Shown here one piece after another: positions 59,786 to 64,000 of a stretch of DNA of 64,000 nucleotides. Below the pieces are notes generated by a model that saw only the letters and a program-made list of their open reading frames with translations, did no database searches and was not told the origin of the DNA. A program made the position numbers and the translations under genes. The DNA comes from an uncultured Chloroflexia bacterium. GTDB taxonomy: Bacteria > Chloroflexota > Anaerolineae > Anaerolineales > UBA4823. Positions within the stretch are counted from its first letter, which is position 1, and each line of letters opens with the position of its first letter. The stretch lies in NCBI GenBank assembly GCA_963709875.1, contig CAVPYB010000005.1, positions 56,721-120,720 on the forward strand, written 5' to 3'.

Positions 59786-59797
59786 GCGTTAAACTTA

Positions 59798-61228
59798 GTG
59801 GTGATTACCCACAACTATTGGAAAAAGAAAAGCTCTGCCCAGATGTGGTAAAGTGAGTTTGCAGAAACCACTACCGACAAAGGAGCAGAGCTACGATGAC
59901 TCTAACATTAGAAACGATCCTTGCCAAGTTGCCAATTGGGAAACTGAACGAAACAATTGAAATGCATATTCGCCCGTTAGCTCGATTATTACCGGATAAG
60001 CGTTTAGGGGCAGTGGCCCAGTGCATCATTCTAGGCATATTGGGAGGCCAAACGCCGGTGATCACGGAAATGGCACGGGCGAATTCGAAGGCAGATGGAG
60101 AAACTTGGCCGGTAGCGAAGCGCATATATCGGTTTATGTGCAATAAGCGCGTGAAAAGCGAAATCTTGTATGAAGGTTTGTATCAGATCGGGCAAGGGGT
60201 GGTGGAGCAAGAAAGCCCAGCATACCTGGTTGTGGCGGTGGACCCGGTCAATTTTGAGAAGCCATATGCCGAAGCAATTGAAGGAGTGAGCGTAGTACAT
60301 AAAGCCACGCCACCGGGACTGGATGGCAAAGCACGGCTGGCCCATGGCTATCCAGCGATTACCGCGACGGTGGTCAACACACAAGTACCTGTGACAACTT
60401 ATGCCAACTGGTTTTCTTACAAAACGGTCGACTTTATCAGTCAAAACAAAGAGATCCAGCAGGCATTTGAAACCACTGACCGGTTGTACCCTCAATACAA
60501 AGTGCGTTTTGTAGGCGATTCCGGACTGGATGACCAGAAAATGTTCGTTCAGGTGCAAACTTTGGAACAGGAATTCGTCTTTCGTATCAGCCACCTGGAG
60601 CGGATCGTGGAAGTTTACAACGAACGGTTAGATCGTTGGGAAACAGAGACGCTCAAAGACTTAGTCGAGGTTGTTCCGTATCAGGCTACCTTCCAAGTAT
60701 TGTTCACCCATGCTGGACAAACTCACTGGGACACGATCCAATTCGGCTGGTTCAAGGTGCGAATTCCAGGAACTACTCAACCTTTGTGGATATTGGTAGC
60801 AGATGACCAAACCATCATCCGGCAGTTGGTTTTGATCACCAATATCCCCTTGATAAACATAAGTATCGTCCAGCAGGTTTATAACGACTGGCGTTTGCGG
60901 ACGCGGATTGAGCATGGTTATCGGTTTGATCAGGAACAAGGGCTCGATGTTGAAGATATGCGCGTCCATACCGTGGATCGCATGCGTCGCATATTTGCCC
61001 TTGTTTTACTGGCTGCCCAACTCGTTTTTGTGATTTCTGAACATTGGCCACCAAAAGCCGTGCTCTGGTTACGCCAATTGGGCGGCAAGCTCGGTTTATC
61101 TTGTGACCGGGATGGCCCTTATTGGCTTCTTCAAGGCATTGCCGCTGTCATCTCCACTGCTATGACTTTGTCTTTCGCTTTTTTGCATCCCTTCCCTTTT
61201 GGGGAGAATACTTATGGGTAATCACCAG
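59798..61228 (+). mobile_element. Complete IS4-like insertion sequence, 1431 bp, 9-bp target duplication
   Basis: IRs gtggtgattacccacaactatt / aatacttatgggtaatcaccag; TTAAACTTA at 59789-59797 and 61229-61237. Confidence 0.88.
59896..61221 (+). CDS. DDE transposase (IS4-like superfamily)
   Basis: VAVDP, VGDSGLD, LITN, WRLRTRIEHGYR..Q (YREK-like); stop codon inside the right IR. Confidence 0.88.
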   Translation: MTLTLETILAKLPIGKLNETIEMHIRPLARLLPDKRLGAVAQCIILGILGGQTPVITEMARANSKADGETWPVAKRIYRFMCNKRVKSEILYEGLYQIGQGVVEQESPAYLVVAVDPVNFEKPYAEAIEGVSVVHKATPPGLDGKARLAHGYPAITATVVNTQVPVTTYANWFSYKTVDFISQNKEIQQAFETTDRLYPQYKVRFVGDSGLDDQKMFVQVQTLEQEFVFRISHLERIVEVYNERLDRWETETLKDLVEVVPYQATFQVLFTHAGQTHWDTIQFGWFKVRIPGTTQPLWILVADDQTIIRQLVLITNIPLINISIVQQVYNDWRLRTRIEHGYRFDQEQGLDVEDMRVHTVDRMRRIFALVLLAAQLVFVISEHWPPKAVLWLRQLGGKLGLSCDRDGPYWLLQGIAAVISTAMTLSFAFLHPFPFGENTYG

Positions 61229-61244
61229 TTAAACTTAATAATTT

Positions 61245-61285
61245 GAAACAGCGCACCGTGATCACCCATTGCAGTGCGCTGTTTC
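61245..61285. terminator. Hairpin downstream of the SLC13 gene
   Basis: gaaacagcgcac...gtgcgctgtttc. Confidence 0.6.
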
Positions 61286-61309
61286 GCTGTTTTGGGTGTA
61301 GATGCGAGC

Positions 61310-63089
61310 TTAAAACGGCCAGAAGATCGGCAGAAAGATCATCGAAACGATAAAGAGAAGCACGGTGAGCAGGACGCCGACGCGGGTGTAATCGAAGAAG
61401 CGATAGCCGCCAGGTCCGAAGACCAGCACGTTGGCTTTGTGCCCAACCGGGGTGAGGAAGCTGGTCGCCGCGCCGATGACGACTGCCATGGTCAGGGTCA
61501 GGTGGTTCACCTCCAGCGCCAGAGCGGTATCCACGGCGATGGGCACCATCAGCACAATGGCAGCCGCGTTCGACATCGGCTGGGTGATCAACGCGGAGAG
61601 CAGGTATATGCCCGCCAGCACGCCGTAAGGTCCAAGATCGCCGAGGACTGTCAGCAGGAGATCGGCCAGATACTGGGCGGTGCCGGTGTTCTCCATGGCG
61701 ATGCCCAGTGAAAGCATGCCGCCTACCAGGAAGACGGTGCGCCAGTCGATGCTCTCGTAGGCTTCATCCATGGACAGGCAGCGGGTGAGCACCATCAGCA
61801 CCGAGCCGACCACCATAGCCGTGGCAATCCCCAGATCGGAAAGCATCGCCAACAGGATGACCAGGATCATGATTCCTGCCGCGATGGGCGCCTTGCGGGT
61901 GCGCTTCTGCTGCAGCTCGACCGGCTCGAGCACCAGGAATTCATTGCCTTCCTGGAGAGTGCGCACCTTGCCTGGTGGCCCTTGCAGCAGCAGGGCGTCG
62001 CCGAACTGCAGTTTGACATCCCGCAAGCGGTCGGTGATCACATCACCGTGCCGCCAGATGGCGATGGCGGTGAAGCCGAAGCGATCGCGGAAGCGTACCT
62101 CCCTCAGCGTGCGCTCGACCATGGTCGAGCGCGGTGCCAGGGTGGCCTCGAAGATATGCGATTGGTCAGTATCCAGGCTGGATAGGTCAATTTTTTGGTC
62201 GCCGACGATGGAAAAGTTCAGCACGTCCCGGGCTTTCTTCAGGTTTACCAGCGATCCTTCGACGATCAGGTGGTCATCCTCCTGGAAGACATAATCGCGG
62301 TGCAGACCGATTTTGGGTTGGCCATCCTGGATGACCGAAAGGACGGTCAGGTCGTATTCAGCGCCCAGACCAGACTGATAGAGCGTCTCGTCCGTTCAGC
62401 AGGCTGTCGGCGCTGATCTGGATATCGCTGATGTATTCCTTGAGCTGGGCGCCAAGCTGTGGGTCGGAGGGAGTTTCCCGGACCGGCAAGAAGTGGCGCC
62501 CGATGAATACCATATAAACGATGCCGGTGGTGAGCACTACGGCACCCATGGGTGTGATCTCGAAAAAGCCGAAAGCGGGCAGCCCTTTGGAGACCAGGAT
62601 GCCCTGCGCCAGGATGTTGGCGGGAGTGCCGATCAGGGTCATCTTGCCGCCCAGCAGAGAGGAAAATGCCAGCGGGATGAGCAGCCTGGAGGCCGGTATC
62701 TTGGTCTGGCGGGCGATGCCGATCACCGCCGGCATGAGCACGGCTACCGCGCCGACGTTGTTCATAAAGGCAGACATCGTTCCGCAGACCAGCATGATCA
62801 CCGCGATCAGCCGGGCCTCGCTGGCGCCGGATAGGCGCAGGATCAGCGATCCGATAATGTCCGCCACACCGGTCTTGAACAGACCGCCGGAGACGATATA
62901 GACTGCCCAGATCGTGATCACCGCCGAGTTGGCGAAGCCCAGGAAGACGTCATCCTTGCTGACCAGCCCGGTGATGGAAACCGCCAGCAGGACCAGCAGG
63001 GCGATGAGATCGACGCGCAGCTTCTCCGTGGCAAATAAAATGATTGCCATCAGGATAATACCCAGGGTCAGTGCGATATCAGGCGTCAT
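61310..63089 (-). CDS. SLC13/DASS family permease with TrkA-C (RCK_C) domains; frameshift near 62385
   Basis: SAFMNN.GAV, TLIGTPAN, L.FGDALLLQG, QPMSNAA, SFLTPVGH.AN.LV.GPGGYRF.D. Confidence 0.9.
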
Positions 63090-63272
63090 GGATCGATGTC
63101 TCCTTTAGTTTTTCTATCTGTTCTAATACTGCCCTTGGTTGGATGCCGGACATTAATTGTCTATTTTACACGAAAAAAGATCAGGGTGGAGAGTCCTGAT
63201 CTTATGTAGGGCAGGTGTCATTATAACCTGCTTATAGGAGTGTAGTTCTAAAAATTATCGGTGGCTGCGCAG

Positions 63273-63998
63273 CTACTCAAGAGATTCGGCCATCCGGATG
63301 ATCTCTTCCAGCGGCAGGCTGCTGTACATCCCATACAGGATACCATCTTCTTCCCACAGGATTGCCCTGTGAGAGATGTCGGGGTTGCTGGTATGTAACG
63401 CCACACCTGGTACCCCATTGATGATGACACCTTCGGCAGAATCCATGTCTGAAGGCGGCAGGGCAAGGAACGAAGCCCAGTTCATATCCTGGCTGAGCTG
63501 GGCTGCCTGTTCCCAGGTCAGGCCCAGGTACTGCCAGCTCAGCCTGCCCAACTCTTCAAGCAGGTAGGGGTCAACCTCTGCTGGAACCTCGTACGAAGGA
63601 TTACGCGACTGCAAGAATGTGACAAAGTGTTGGTCTGTGTCCGTGTAGGTCCCCACACCGGGCGAAACGACAGCCTCGACCTGGATTTGCTCCAAAGCAG
63701 TGGGCAGGTTGTCGATGGGTATGCCAGCGGATTGGAGCAGGACGCGGGCGGTATTCAAATTCACGATAATCTGGTAAGCGTGCGGCTGCGAGGTATCGAT
63801 TTTATCGATTGTCTCAAGGCCTTGCGGCAGGTAGGCCGGCAGGCGGACAGGGAAGCCGACCTGCTGGCTGGCTTCCGCTGCACTGGTCACTTGCTGCTCT
63901 TTGATCGCTTCGACCCTGGTTTTTGCATACACACGCCCGAAGAAGTCGCTGGCATTCTTCGCGGTGGGGTATGCCTTATAGTCAACCCTTTCGAAGGG
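63273..63998 (-). CDS. Hypothetical protein, 3' part only; DUF4367-like C-terminus
   Basis: Frame open to the window edge; GFPVRLPAYLP, ILWEEDGILY..LPLEEIIRMAESL. Confidence 0.65.
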   Translation of the reverse strand, partial: PFERVDYKAYPTAKNASDFFGRVYAKTRVEAIKEQQVTSAAEASQQVGFPVRLPAYLPQGLETIDKIDTSQPHAYQIIVNLNTARVLLQSAGIPIDNLPTALEQIQVEAVVSPGVGTYTDTDQHFVTFLQSRNPSYEVPAEVDPYLLEELGRLSWQYLGLTWEQAAQLSQDMNWASFLALPPSDMDSAEGVIINGVPGVALHTSNPDISHRAILWEEDGILYGMYSSLPLEEIIRMAESLE

Positions 63999-64000
63999 CA

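Noticed and set aside
12837-63089. Programmed frameshifting or selenocysteine readthrough
   Set aside because: The breaks are frame changes rather than in-frame TGA at Cys positions, and they occur in unrelated families with no common slippery site.

Overview
64 kb of GC-rich bacterial DNA, most likely Chloroflexota (Anaerolineae-like). This assignment is inferred from C-terminal (Y/H)LPxI tails, PTxTP-rich linkers, a BTAD regulator and the small 'YxSYLLRxWR' proteins. About 13 otherwise intact genes carry single frameshifts, probably long-read indels. The region from 1 to 34.5 kb is a mosaic of short accessory genes: PadR plus a membrane-protein family, SodC-like, GNAT, DinB, six SAM methyltransferases, two DUF1801, VOC, MFS, a GAF-HK/NarL pair, SDR plus a non-canonical QueA-like gene, a BrnT-type toxin-antitoxin pair, several gene remnants and a complete IS1202-family element with a 16-bp TSD. 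An ion-transport cassette (PII-like/CBS, ArsB/NhaD) lies at 34.6-37.9 kb. The main candidate system is at 38-51 kb: a leftward unit of small 'YxSYLLRLWR' protein -> ~1070-aa secreted choice-of-anchor-O-like protein -> FG-GAP propeller -> cytochrome b (AAWY in place of PEWY) -> Rieske -> hexaheme cytochrome c -> 23-heme repeat cytochrome with a Pro/Thr stalk. It is preceded by SARP-type heptamer repeats and lies divergent from a BTAD-NTPase-degenerate GGDEF regulator, suggesting a regulated quinol-to-surface electron conduit. The region from 51 to 64 kb holds an HK/RR pair, a class III cyclase next to an NTT-HEAT-cNMP protein, an HTH gene with two paralogous membrane genes under a palindromic operator, an IS4-like element, an SLC13 permease and a partial gene. 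No rRNA, tRNA or CRISPR array was seen.
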